Positions 63,753-64,000 of a DNA stretch of 64,000 nucleotides are shown here, piece by piece; the stretch's first letter is position 1; each line of letters opens with the position of its first letter. Origin of the DNA: a virus (Duplodnaviria; Caudoviricetes); the IMG/VR virus record IMGVR_UViG_3300014208_000023, positions 320,001 through 384,000 of that record. One strand, given 5' to 3'. The notes under the pieces were generated by a model. That model was given only the letters and a program-made list of their open reading frames with translations, did no database searches and was not told the origin of the DNA. The translations under genes and the position numbers were made by a program.

Positions 63753-64000
63753 ATAAGAATAAGAATAAGTATAGCAAAGATTGTTACCACATCACAAGTG
63801 TCGGATTCAGAGACGCCCCACCAACGCGCTCTAGCCTTAGCCGACAAGGCCTTCCATCTAAAATGGAAGTTACCAACTGGTCACTTACCTAGCGTATTCT
63901 TGGCAACCCAAAGGCAGGCTACTACGTTTAGCATTGCCCAGACACGCATAATAAGAGTACCAAAGACGAATTGAGACTCACCTAGCCAAGCGGTCTGCAT

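Noticed and set aside
1-64000. Stop-codon reassignment (alternative genetic code)
   Set aside because: Known genes are full length under the standard code, coding density is high with TAA, TAG and TGA all used as stops, and no suppressor tRNA is seen; the one split gene is a frameshift.
1-64000. Many plus-strand ORFs in the six-frame track (for example 17939, 25333, 44336, 54519, 57027)
   Set aside because: They lie antisense within well-supported minus-strand genes and have no motifs; treated as shadow ORFs.
1-64000. Bacterial chromosome segment
   Set aside because: Housekeeping genes occur singly without operon partners (groES without groEL, iscA without isc/suf) among mostly small co-directional hypotheticals, homing endonucleases and phage-type nucleases; no structural genes are in the window, so the phage call is an inference.

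Overview
A 64-kb segment of what is most likely a large (jumbo) bacteriophage genome. It is AT-rich and densely packed, and almost all genes lie on the minus strand. Recognisable genes: purA, gltX (glutamyl-tRNA synthetase), a ClpB-like Hsp100, groES, an IscA/HesB protein, peptidase E, a UvrD helicase, a 5'-3' exonuclease, a VapE-type ATPase, a MoxR-like AAA with a frameshifted metallopeptidase-VWA partner, a Pol-beta-family nucleotidyltransferase, a sterol-desaturase-family protein, a kinase-like protein, two exported proteases and three free-standing homing endonucleases. Most other ORFs are hypothetical, and many fall into expanded paralog families. The outstanding feature is at 49.9-52.1 kb: seven 70-74 nt tRNA-shaped RNAs whose stems covary and which look tRNA-Glu-derived. 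They are systematically non-canonical (6-nt anticodon loop containing UUCG, no D-loop GG, broken T-loop consensus, A51-U63). They alternate tightly with small ORFs and other structured RNAs and lie about 4.3 kb from the phage's own GluRS. This is a candidate non-ribosomal Glu-tRNA or tRNA-decoy system. All family assignments are by-eye motif recognition; no database searches or folding programs were run.
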